Source: a virus (Duplodnaviria > Caudoviricetes). Taken from it: a stretch of 64,000 bases of DNA. The notes beneath the pieces are model-generated. The model worked only from the letters and a program-made list of their open reading frames with translations, was not told the origin of the DNA and did no database searches. Of this stretch, positions 9,851 through 18,843 are shown piece by piece (position 1 is the stretch's first letter; the number at the start of each line of letters is the position of its first letter). Location: positions 96,001 to 160,000 of IMG/VR virus record IMGVR_UViG_3300013121_000029; one strand, written 5' to 3'. The position numbers were made by a program, and so were the translations under genes.

Positions 9851-9924
9851 TGGTGGACTGTACTGGAATCGAACCAGCAATCTTCCGGCGAAGCATAAAC
9901 CACACGGAGCCATCCAGAATCCCC
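9851..9924 (-). ncRNA. tRNA-like RNA without canonical D and anticodon arms
   Basis: T arm GCTGG-TTCGATT-CCAGT and ACCA end; 5-prime GGGGATTCTGGAT. Confidence 0.5.
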
Positions 9925-9932
9925 ATAAAAAA

Positions 9933-10052
9933 TCACATTCAGAGGAGTCGAACCTCTCATGTGGATTGCATGCCCACACTCTGCGACCAAGCACTGTGTC
10001 AGTTACCCACAACCTTGTCCGAATTGAACGGACCAAACACAGGTGAATGTAA
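9933..10052 (-). ncRNA. 120-nt tRNA-like RNA with two T-loop hairpins, no CCA
   Basis: closing stem TTACATTCA/TGAATGTGA; GTCCG-TTCAATT-CGGAC; AGAGG-TTCGACT-CCTCT. Confidence 0.55.
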
Positions 10053-10056
10053 TTTT

Positions 10057-10178
10057 TGGTGGAGATGACGAGAATCGAACTCGCCCGTCTACAGCCCTAA
10101 TTCGTGGCCAGGTTATCACGCATTACCGTTTTAGTTTACTGGCGGAACTAAGTCTCGTTTATTGATACGAGCATCAAA
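10057..10178 (-). ncRNA. tmRNA-like 3-prime segment
   Basis: ends GTAGACGG-GCGAG-TTCGATT-CTCGT-CATCTCC-ACCA; no matching 5-prime end upstream. Confidence 0.5.
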
Positions 10179-10179
10179 A

Positions 10180-10266
10180 TGGTGGCCAAGGTCGGACTCG
10201 AACCGACACGACATCTCTGCCAATGGATTTTGAATCCACCCCATCTACCAATTACAGCACTCGGCC
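10180..10266 (-). tRNA. tRNA-Leu(CAA)
   Basis: arm GTGGA-TTCAAAA-TCCAT, long variable arm, CCA. Confidence 0.9.
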
Positions 10267-10275
10267 ATTTGTTAT

Positions 10276-10718
10276 TTAGTAATCATGCCAATCAGTACAC
10301 AATCCTTTTTTATCTGCCTCAAGAATATCAAGAATTTCCTGAGCAATTTTTTCTTGATCACCGTTTCTGTTCATAGTAACATGAATATATTGCAATCCAT
10401 TTTTTACTTCTTCTGCAATCAACTCATTTAATCTTTCAACTGCTGTCTTTTCATTACTCATAATTCATCATAAGGATTAATACCTTGTGCCTCTAATTTT
10501 GCTCTATGTTCATCATATTTTGCGAACAAATCTAATAAATTTTGTTCGACCGGCATTCCATCAAACATTCTTTTAATCGTTCCGTCAGGATTTCGTGCAA
10601 ACTTAAAATGTTTGTCAGCTGTATCTTTTTCCCAAGAGAATTTTACCTTACTTAATGTATTTGCTATTAATGCTTCTAGAGCAAGCAATTCTTCTTCTGT
10701 TTTATATGTATCTGTCAT
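10276..10718 (-). other. two hypothetical CDS (10276-10461, 10458-10718)
   Basis: coupled ORFs. Confidence 0.6.
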
Positions 10719-10720
10719 AA

Positions 10721-11230
10721 TTACCTCAATACTTTCTTTATTTTATCCTTTATTCGAGTTTGTTTCAACTTTGACAAACCATCAATAAACGTTTTTCCAT
10801 CTAAATGTTCACATTCGTGTTGCACAGCAATTGCCATTAATCCATTATATATCTCTTCTACTAATTTTCCTTCCATGTTTGTATAATGAACATTTATAAA
10901 TTCGTATCTTACTGTTTCTTGAAATACTGATGGAAACGATAAGCATCCTTCTTTAATGCCAGTAGGAACACTTCTTGGTGATCTTGATGCCCACACAGGA
11001 TCGATCATTACTACCCATTCATTGTTATTTCTACTATTAGGAGCAAATACTACTATTCTTTTTAAATATCCAATTTGATTGGCAGCTAATGCATATCCAT
11101 CATTTTCGATACATATTTCTTTCATTCGTTCAATTACTTGTCTATCTTCATCTGTTAAATTATTAACAGGTTCGCATCGTTGTAATAATTTAGGATGTGG
11201 ATAATATAATAGATTATAATGTTTAGTCAT
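10721..11230 (-). CDS. def: peptide deformylase
   Basis: GYALAANQIG, EGCLS, QHECEHLDG motifs. Confidence 0.95.
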   Translation of the reverse strand: MTKHYNLLYYPHPKLLQRCEPVNNLTDEDRQVIERMKEICIENDGYALAANQIGYLKRIVVFAPNSRNNNEWVVMIDPVWASRSPRSVPTGIKEGCLSFPSVFQETVRYEFINVHYTNMEGKLVEEIYNGLMAIAVQHECEHLDGKTFIDGLSKLKQTRIKDKIKKVLR

Positions 11231-12127
11231 TGTTTTCTCTATAATAATGAATTGGAACTGTTGAAGAAACGTTCTTTCCGCAGGTTACGTCTATTTTAGG
11301 GCCACCATCTTTATTAACAGTAGTAGTAATAGAACAATTAAAAGTACATCCCGTTAAGAGTATTATACTAAGAATTAATATGTTCGACAAGCGGGCCAGC
11401 GCAAAATACATGAAATATTATTTCACCATCCTTAACAAAGATCGTGTTAAAGTATTTAATGCTAAGCTCTGGTTGATTGATGGGATGTTCTTCTGGCAAT
11501 TCCCATTGTGTGGGAATGGTATAAAATACGTATGTTTCTTTATTTGGAACATCTACAGGTTCGAGAAACCATGCAAACATATGTTCGCCATTAGAACTAT
11601 GTACTTTAAGCAACGTGGAATGTCTAGGCACAATTATAACAGTAGGATCATTGATAGCTGGTTCAATTTCATACTGCATAATATGTCTTTTCATATGCAA
11701 CCACAAAACTTGTTATAATTATTTATCAGGAAAGTCAGGATATTTTATCTTATCCAATAATCCTTCTGTGCGTGATTGCAATAGTCTTGAAATTTTTGGG
11801 CAACTTTCGTAATTAGGAAGCAATCTGCTTATAAAATCGATTGTTTCTTGTGATGGTTGCAAATTTGGCTTTTGTTGATTATTCATCTGACACCTGTACA
11901 TATCCGTGATCTGACATCCATCCTACACATGATAGAAAATGGCTTTGTTTAGTTTTATAATTATACATTACATAATAATAATCATCATCCCCGTGCATTA
12001 TTCCAATAAATTTATGCAAGGTGTCAGTATAAAGATTGATATAATTGTTTCCAAGACATTCTTCATATCGACGGATAATGTTTCTCCAATTACCATAACA
12101 TATACAATTAGGATCTATTTTCGACAT
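11223..12127 (-). other. small hypothetical CDS run (11223-11411 lipoprotein-like, 11368-11706, 11719-11901, 11879-12127)
   Basis: contiguous ORFs; LLTGC lipobox in the first. Confidence 0.5.
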
Positions 12128-12171
12128 GTGTTATTTCTCACAATCGCCTTCTATTCATACCACATATAATT

Positions 12172-12259
12172 TGGTGCTCCAGGGGAGGATCGAACTCCCA
12201 CGCCCATTACAGGCCACAGATTCTTAGTCTGTGTTGTCTACCAGTTCCAGCACCGGAGC
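12172..12259 (-). tRNA. tRNA-Leu(AAG)
   Basis: arm ACAGA-CTAAGAA-TCTGT, long variable arm, A73, CCA. Confidence 0.85.
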
Positions 12260-12265
12260 AATTTT

Positions 12266-13144
12266 TTAAATCTTTTTAGCCCAATTTTCGAAATATTCTT
12301 TACCACAAAATCCAATCATATTAGGATTATCTTTTACATAATAATGTGTAAATCCTGCGCTCCACGACATAGATGGTTTTATATTTAATTTCTTCGGTGG
12401 ATTCTCCCCATCAAAAGGAATTACTTCCCAATCGCATATCGGAAATATTTGTGGAAAAGCTCTTGGTAATGAAAATGCAGTTCTTGTACATTTATGTTTA
12501 GGCTTCATTATTTTCATACTCTATATTATCAATATGTTTCAAATCAAAATCAACTTTTACTAACGCTTTAACAACACCAAAATTCATACCATAACGTCCT
12601 TTTGATGTCAAGAATTCTCTACATTCAGGACATTTACAAAGACCTATTACTTTACGACGTTGTGTTTTACCTGGTTTCATCTTAAATAATTTCGAATGGA
12701 AAGGCTAGAAAAGTATATTGCAAAGTTTCACCTTTATATGTTTGTTCAACAATAAACTCTAATCTACCATCATTGTCCTGAATCTTAATTAATTTCAAAT
12801 CTTTACCATCACAGCATTTTAATATATCACCATAACTTTCTTGTGTTAACTGAATCATAACTACCTCAATAATGTGCATCTATTACAAAAAATCCCTCTT
12901 TGTGTTTATAAGCACAAAAAGCTGGAATATATTCACTCATCTCGTGATAATCCCATTCTAATTCTACAGCTTTCCAACCTGCTTGAAAGTATTGATCTTC
13001 AATACGTTGATATAGTACAGGCATATCGTCAGGTAAATTTTCTAACTTTTTCTTCAATTCCCCAACAGTTAAGCAATGAGGACGTGGATTGTCACGATAC
13101 TCGTCTGGAGTTATAAGATGTTTAGTTTCCATGTTAATTCTCAT
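12266..13144 (-). other. four small hypothetical CDS (12266-12517, 12498-12680, 12682-12879, 12866-13144)
   Basis: overlapping ORFs. Confidence 0.55.
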
Positions 13145-13158
13145 GTATTTTAGTTAAT

Positions 13159-13229
13159 TGGCAGAGGATATATGAATTGAACATATCAAGTCAACGTTTG
13201 GAGTGTCGACACCGCCCAGCGGATCCTCT
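13159..13229 (-). tRNA. tRNA-Trp(CCA) with a minimal D arm
   Basis: acceptor AGAGGAT/ATCCTCT, loop CTCCAAA, D region CCGCTGGGCGG. Confidence 0.7.
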
Positions 13230-13235
13230 TAAATT

Positions 13236-13310
13236 TGGTACTCTCGACCAGAGTTGAACTGGCGTTGCAAACTTGAAAGGTTTGAGTCCTAACCATTAGA
13301 CGACGAGAGC
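13236..13310 (-). tRNA. tRNA-Glu(TTC)
   Basis: arm CAAAC-CTTTCAA-GTTTG, CCA. Confidence 0.9.
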
Positions 13311-13315
13311 ATATA

Positions 13316-13456
13316 TTATTTAGCTTGTTGTAATCGTTTCTCTTTAATTTGTTTATCCCAACTCTCGAGCGTTGCTTCAATTCTGTCGAGAATTCGCATA
13401 GCTTCCTTAATTAATTGTTGTTTTCTATACTCTTTTTTAATTTGGTCAGGAGTCAT
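13316..13456 (-). CDS. small hypothetical protein (MTPDQIKKE)
   Basis: ORF between tRNAs; the longer predicted start lies inside tRNA-His. Confidence 0.5.
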   Translation of the reverse strand: MTPDQIKKEYRKQQLIKEAMRILDRIEATLESWDKQIKEKRLQQAK

Positions 13457-13474
13457 GTTGTTCACATTAAAATT

Positions 13475-13549
13475 TGGGGTGTCCAGAGAGAATCGGACTC
13501 TCGTAATCTGCGCCACAAGCAGAGGCTCTACCATTGAGCTATGGACACC
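13475..13549 (-). tRNA. tRNA-His(GTG)
   Basis: G-1/C73, arm TCTGC-TTGTGGC-GCAGA. Confidence 0.9.
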
Positions 13550-13592
13550 ATTGATATTATTTAAATATAATACATTATATATGATTCAGGTA

Positions 13593-13985
13593 CTACTTTG
13601 GCACTTTCATTCTTTCTATCATACCATCGTCATTGGAAAAATAAACATTTTTAATTCCAACGTGTGCAATTAAAGCCATACAATGTTCGCAAGGTTTAGA
13701 AATACGAAATTGTTTTTTCTGATTGATACGAATGACCATCAGATCGCAATCACGAAGATCTGTTTTTGCATTAAGAATCGCATCTACTTCAGCATGAATA
13801 GAATCAGGCCATTCTTGAAATTTGGGTTTCAATTTTCGTGTGAGACTATTAGTATGATTATGACCAACAGCAATAATTTTCTTTTTATTAAAAATTACTG
13901 CTCCCATACGAATTCTATAATCAGATTTTTCGGCCTGTTTAATTGCTGCACGAACAAGACTGATATAAGGAACTTTGCTTTGCAT
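13593..13985 (-). CDS. zinc-dependent cytidine/dCMP-type deaminase
   Basis: HAEVDA and PCEHC motifs. Confidence 0.85.
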   Translation of the reverse strand: MQSKVPYISLVRAAIKQAEKSDYRIRMGAVIFNKKKIIAVGHNHTNSLTRKLKPKFQEWPDSIHAEVDAILNAKTDLRDCDLMVIRINQKKQFRISKPCEHCMALIAHVGIKNVYFSNDDGMIERMKVPK

Positions 13986-14032
13986 AATAATCTCCGAATG
14001 TGAGAGTATTATATATGTGAGAATATGTTAAA

Positions 14033-14491
14033 TCAACGTTTAACAATAAAATACCAATGTCCTGCATCTGTTTTATAATAATCAATATTAGTTGTATATT
14101 TTGTAAACTCGGAAATAGCTTGTTTGTTTTCTTCTCGTGCTTGTATCGATGGCCTATCCGCAAATGTACTATAACGGGTTGCAGTGTAAAAATGTAATTG
14201 TTCGATGCACTGTTCTTTATCCATAATTTTTGTGTTGTTTCTTGTCCATAATACATGCGTAGGTGTATCATTGAAGATAAATCCGTTTTGTGTAGTATTC
14301 CAATATATTTGGCACACTTGTTTAATAGGAACATCGTTATATGTGCGTAGATCATATCTATATAACCACTTATATTCCTGGATAGAAATTCTATCCATGT
14401 TATATCCATATGCTTCAAGAACACTGTACATTCGCTTATAGAATTGCTCGAACGATTCGTTAGGTTTAACAATAAGGGACGACATCGTCAA
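14033..14491 (-). CDS. paralog 4 of tandem family A
   Basis: LEAYGY..KQVCQIYW..WYFIVKR shared with neighbours. Confidence 0.7.
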   Translation of the reverse strand: MTMSSLIVKPNESFEQFYKRMYSVLEAYGYNMDRISIQEYKWLYRYDLRTYNDVPIKQVCQIYWNTTQNGFIFNDTPTHVLWTRNNTKIMDKEQCIEQLHFYTATRYSTFADRPSIQAREENKQAISEFTKYTTNIDYYKTDAGHWYFIVKR

Positions 14492-14957
14492 TTAATCCTC
14501 GTGGTAATTTAATATACACAAAGTTTGTTCCTGCTACTCTATACACAGTGCCGTTTGGTATTTTTGATATATACTGCTCAAATTGATTGATGTGTACTCT
14601 ACCTAGAGTGGGAACAGAACTTGGTTTAATATTACGTATATCATTTAGTGCTTGTGATGTTGATTTATATCTGAAAATGTTTGATACTAGTTGGTTCGAT
14701 GGTACATTACTCATAAAATAAGACCAATAAAATGGATCAGGAGTATCGCTAAACGTCCAACACCAAGCACTTTCTTGCTGCCAATAAAGTTGGCAAACTT
14801 GGTATAATCCTATTCTCGTAAGTGGCTTATTATAATTAAATCTCAATTTGTTAATGTATTCTACTGGAATTTGGTTAATTGGTGGATATCCTAACGTGTC
14901 AAGAATATTAGATAATTTTTCTTCTGAAATGTCTGGTGCTATTTCATTTAAACGCAT
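14466..14957 (-). CDS. paralog 3 of tandem family A (MRLNEIA leader)
   Basis: LDTLGY..YQVCQLYW. Confidence 0.7.
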   Translation of the reverse strand: MRLNEIAPDISEEKLSNILDTLGYPPINQIPVEYINKLRFNYNKPLTRIGLYQVCQLYWQQESAWCWTFSDTPDPFYWSYFMSNVPSNQLVSNIFRYKSTSQALNDIRNIKPSSVPTLGRVHINQFEQYISKIPNGTVYRVAGTNFVYIKLPRGLIDDVVPYC

Positions 14958-14960
14958 GAA

Positions 14961-15410
14961 TTACCTCTTAACCACTAAGTACCAATCACGATTAAACATT
15001 TTATAATAATCCACATTTGTTAATTTTTTAGTATATTCAGAAAACTCTTCAAACATTGTGTCCCATAACTCATGAGTGCCAGAGTCACCTAGTGTATGGT
15101 TCTTATTCTTCATCGACGTGTTTATTGTTTGTAAGCAGTGTTCTCTTGAAGAAAAAAGGTGGAATTGCGTATAATTCATATTCCAATAAAAAGATTGTGG
15201 TTCTTCAAGAATTTCATATGTTTGTAAAGAAGAATTCCATTCAAACGCAACTACCTGTTTTAAAAAACGTTTACCTATGGTATGAAAGTTGTCCATCATC
15301 CATTCTATATCATTAGGTGATATAGTGTCTAGATTATACCCTAACATATCCAGATATTGTTCTAACTTTTCTTTAGATATGCTAGGAACAGCAATTTCAT
15401 TAAGTTTCAT
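14961..15410 (-). CDS. paralog 2 of tandem family A (MKLNEIA leader)
   Basis: ATG 15410; LDMLGY..KQVVAFEW..WYLVVKR. Confidence 0.7.
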   Translation of the reverse strand: MKLNEIAVPSISKEKLEQYLDMLGYNLDTISPNDIEWMMDNFHTIGKRFLKQVVAFEWNSSLQTYEILEEPQSFYWNMNYTQFHLFSSREHCLQTINTSMKNKNHTLGDSGTHELWDTMFEEFSEYTKKLTNVDYYKMFNRDWYLVVKR

Positions 15411-15411
15411 A

Positions 15412-15882
15412 TTATTTTCTTTGTTTAACACAAACAAAATCAGGCATTATCAACAAACCTTTGTTAGTAGTTAATCTAGCGTTATCAGACATTATATATA
15501 ATTGTGTATTCGTAAATTTCTGAATGTACTCCTTAAAAAAATCATACTGTGCTAATACTGATTGTTGCAATTTAGGGGCGTTAGGAATCAGCATTAAAGC
15601 TTTCTCAACATATGAATCCATTTGGTCGATTGTAATTTTTATAGCATATTCTTCCCAAAACTGTGGCGATGGTTGTGTTATTAACCTATATTGTTGTGGA
15701 ATAAGATCCCACTTTATTGCTGCAATTTGAGGAACTAGATATTTAATCCAATTATAATTACTTAATACAAATCCAACTTCTATTCTTGGAAGTTTCTCCA
15801 TATCATAACCAAACGCTTCTAATTCGTGTTCAATTTGGTCGGCAGTTTTAGTTGTACTTTCGACTAATTCTTTAAGTTTCAT
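15412..15882 (-). CDS. paralog 1 of tandem family A (MKLKELVE leader)
   Basis: LEAFGY..PQIAAIKW. Confidence 0.7.
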   Translation of the reverse strand: MKLKELVESTTKTADQIEHELEAFGYDMEKLPRIEVGFVLSNYNWIKYLVPQIAAIKWDLIPQQYRLITQPSPQFWEEYAIKITIDQMDSYVEKALMLIPNAPKLQQSVLAQYDFFKEYIQKFTNTQLYIMSDNARLTTNKGLLIMPDFVCVKQRK

Positions 15883-16661
15883 TCTTCTAACAACTCTTTA
15901 TACTTGGAGAGTTCATGTGAATTGTCATGATCCCATGGATGAAATCCAGGACGGAACCAATCTAACCAACGTGGAATTGCTTTACCGAAAGTCGCTGGAT
16001 GTACAAATAAGAATTTAACTGTGGAAGCAATATTTGCAATATTTAATTGCTTATTTTGATGTAATAAAGTAACATATCGTTCTGATAACCATACCAAGAA
16101 AATAGCCGTTGCTAATACTAATGCTACACATCTGATGATATATCCTTGAACTTTAGACTTGAGCATAACATCATCATATAAATCATATGCTACAGCTTTG
16201 TGATTCGTTTCTTCAAGTGCATGCCAGGTCCACATATTTCTAAATTCTTCATCAGATTGTAAAAAAGAATCAATATCTTCTAATAATCCTTGAGCAAGAA
16301 TTGCTGTTAAATGTTCTAAAGCGCAAGTAGCTGCTAGATTAAAGGTGGGTGGTAATTTTTCGGATAATACGTCTAATGCTCTTTCTAATAATACATCAAA
16401 TTTTGGAGTATTAAGCATTTTGTTTAATTTTTGATGTTCTCTACCGTGAAATCCTTCTTGGCCAATGAACCCTGAGATTTGTTCTTGAACGTCTGAATGA
16501 TGGCGCAATGCTCTAACAGAACGAATAAAATATCTTTCACCAGCAGGAAAGAATAAAGACATAGCATTTAAGAATTGTGTAACACCAGGACCACTTTCAT
16601 GCCAATTATTGACAACGTTAGAATTTAAATTGAATTTTTTGTTGAGCGGAATGATTTTCAT
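15879..16661 (-). CDS. predicted metal-dependent hydrolase (ferritin-like di-iron family)
   Basis: FPAGERYFI, QEGFHGREH, EHLTA, WHALEETNHKAVAYD, PGFHPW. Confidence 0.85.
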   Translation of the reverse strand: MKIIPLNKKFNLNSNVVNNWHESGPGVTQFLNAMSLFFPAGERYFIRSVRALRHHSDVQEQISGFIGQEGFHGREHQKLNKMLNTPKFDVLLERALDVLSEKLPPTFNLAATCALEHLTAILAQGLLEDIDSFLQSDEEFRNMWTWHALEETNHKAVAYDLYDDVMLKSKVQGYIIRCVALVLATAIFLVWLSERYVTLLHQNKQLNIANIASTVKFLFVHPATFGKAIPRWLDWFRPGFHPWDHDNSHELSKYKELLEE

Positions 16662-16689
16662 AGATGCTCCTACAATATAAGGTATTTAA

Positions 16690-17208
16690 TCAATTTCTTA
16701 TATCATCAATGAATTCTTTAAATTCCTCAACGGTGTACAGTTTATCATTATTCCAAAAACCACACAAATGTACAGTATTATTCATTTGTGCTAATACTTC
16801 TTGTTCAGTCTTGAAACTATCGTGATAGGAATCGTTTTCAAAAAATTTATTAACGTCTAATCCTATTGAATCTTGAGAAATAATAATACCTCTAGTATTC
16901 ATAGATGTTTGATTAACTTGCGAGAGCAATGCACTCATCATTCCTTCGTCTCTATTTCCGATAATCTTAGACCAAGCATAGTAGATGGTTGATGGATGAC
17001 GATTAGCATACAATTGTAACTGAGCTAAAAACATTCTAACGTCAGGAATATCAAACCGTTTCTTGTTTAAAGCTAGTGCACGATACATCGTTCCTTCATA
17101 AGCAAAATTAGGAAGATAATGATCAATTGCTTTTGTTAAATTACCACAACGAATAGCGTGGTGAACATAATTATCGATATGATAAAAATGACCCAAAGGT
17201 TTGGTCAT
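16690..17208 (-). CDS. ADP-ribosyltransferase-like protein
   Basis: GTMYRAL (R), YYAWSK (S), TEQEVLA (ExE). Confidence 0.55.
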   Translation of the reverse strand: MTKPLGHFYHIDNYVHHAIRCGNLTKAIDHYLPNFAYEGTMYRALALNKKRFDIPDVRMFLAQLQLYANRHPSTIYYAWSKIIGNRDEGMMSALLSQVNQTSMNTRGIIISQDSIGLDVNKFFENDSYHDSFKTEQEVLAQMNNTVHLCGFWNNDKLYTVEEFKEFIDDIRN

Positions 17209-17768
17209 ATTGATTTGCCCTTAAGAGCAATAAGAATTGCTCGTCCTTCTTCATCTTTTGCAAACCATTCTTGGTAATCACCAGAGATTTTCCACACCAT
17301 CTCGCCATATCTTAATGTTTCTTCATCACGATGTTTAATAAATGTTTCAATCTCGTGAGTATAATCACCTGGATTGTCTTTCATGCGTGTTAATATATTA
17401 TCAAGTTCAGTAAAAAACGTTGCACGAGCTACTTTTGATTCTGTTTCAATGTTGTGTGGATCTGCGCACAGTTTTGTGAAAAATGTATGCATATACCACC
17501 ATCGATCTAATTTTGCTGTATCAGCAATTAAATCTGAGGTGGAATGATCTAATGGTATCATAGTATTGCAAAATATGTAACATACGGGGGCATTTATGAG
17601 TTTAACTACTTTATTAAAATAATCTTGTGGACAATCTAACCATATTTGTGAAATATGTAAGTTATCAGTATAACCATAAGTATGTTCTGCAATATGATCT
17701 AAAATTGCTCGACGATGAGCATGTTGTTTATTAATACTGTTTTGTTCTAATAATGTTTGTAATTTCAT
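17205..17768 (-). CDS. putative virion-internal protein (MKLQTLLE leader)
   Basis: leader motif; operon behind AATAAATA 18233-18240. Confidence 0.55.
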   Translation of the reverse strand: MKLQTLLEQNSINKQHAHRRAILDHIAEHTYGYTDNLHISQIWLDCPQDYFNKVVKLINAPVCYIFCNTMIPLDHSTSDLIADTAKLDRWWYMHTFFTKLCADPHNIETESKVARATFFTELDNILTRMKDNPGDYTHEIETFIKHRDEETLRYGEMVWKISGDYQEWFAKDEEGRAILIALKGKSI

Positions 17769-18208
17769 ACATTAATTACCCAACATGGTGTCACACGTTT
17801 TAATATCTGAGCATTATATGTTAATCTATGATGTCCACCTAATAACCAATATTCACCTGTTTGTCTATTCTTTAATAATGTAGGCATAGTGATTTGGGAT
17901 GATTGTTTGTATAATTGTTCAACACGTTGTTTACTTTCAGGTTTCCACTCTGAGTTTTCCCAGGTGTCCCCCGTATTGCCAATGTTTAGTTGTTGTTCAG
18001 GAGTGATGTGTTCAATATCACCATTACGACGATTCATTAATTTGAACATTTTTTCAAATTGCATGTTCTTCATTGCTTTTCTTACCCAATTAGGTAAGAA
18101 TGGTGATTGTTTGTCATTCTCAAATTGAAACACTACCTCGTCGTGCTCCTCATCCACAGACGGAGGGACAAAGTTATGTTTTTGTGGTACTAAATCTGTT
18201 ATCTTCAT
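17765..18208 (-). CDS. ParB/sulfiredoxin-like protein (MKITDLV leader)
   Basis: PTLL..YWLLGGHHRL. Confidence 0.6.
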   Translation of the reverse strand: MKITDLVPQKHNFVPPSVDEEHDEVVFQFENDKQSPFLPNWVRKAMKNMQFEKMFKLMNRRNGDIEHITPEQQLNIGNTGDTWENSEWKPESKQRVEQLYKQSSQITMPTLLKNRQTGEYWLLGGHHRLTYNAQILKRVTPCWVINV

Positions 18209-18235
18209 TGTATATTCTTACATAATATCAAGTAT

Positions 18236-18820
18236 TTATTCTTGCAACATACATCTATAAAAACAACGTGTATCGGGAATCTTGTTATTAAAATATTTTG
18301 GCCAGTTTGTAAAATTACCATTATTTTCTAACATTAATTTCCAACCAGTCGGATGTTCTAAAGAATAATATTGTGATATTGTGTCCGGATCGAATGGTTG
18401 AATGTCATTATCTTTAATCCAATATAAATTAAATCTATGCCCAATTTCTTTTACTGTATCCACAGCATTTATACTATGTTTATCTCCAAATATAATTTTG
18501 GAGTATCCTTGATTACGTTTAAGAAACCACACAAATAAAGAAGTTATTTTTTGACGTCTCATTTCAGGAATAACATATGCAACTTCAAATAATGCATTAT
18601 TATTTTCTTCTAATACATGAAAAAAAGCAACACATTTATTTTCTTTTTGTATTAGGTAAATAGTATCTTTATAGAATACTTTTAATTCTTCAATATCACC
18701 AATATGTTGATAACTATTAATATCTTTGGCATATTGTTCAAAATACTGGACCAATATATAATCTGTCGATCCAGTCTTCATTGTCATCTCGTGTAGAGAT
18801 ACTATATCAGTTAATTTCAT
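18236..18820 (-). CDS. GNAT acetyltransferase-like protein (MKLTDIVSLHE leader)
   Basis: VAYVIPEMRRQKITS resembles GNAT motif A; AATAAATA at 18841-18848. Confidence 0.5.
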   Translation of the reverse strand: MKLTDIVSLHEMTMKTGSTDYILVQYFEQYAKDINSYQHIGDIEELKVFYKDTIYLIQKENKCVAFFHVLEENNNALFEVAYVIPEMRRQKITSLFVWFLKRNQGYSKIIFGDKHSINAVDTVKEIGHRFNLYWIKDNDIQPFDPDTISQYYSLEHPTGWKLMLENNGNFTNWPKYFNNKIPDTRCFYRCMLQE

Positions 18821-18843
18821 ACAATAATCCAAATATATAATAT

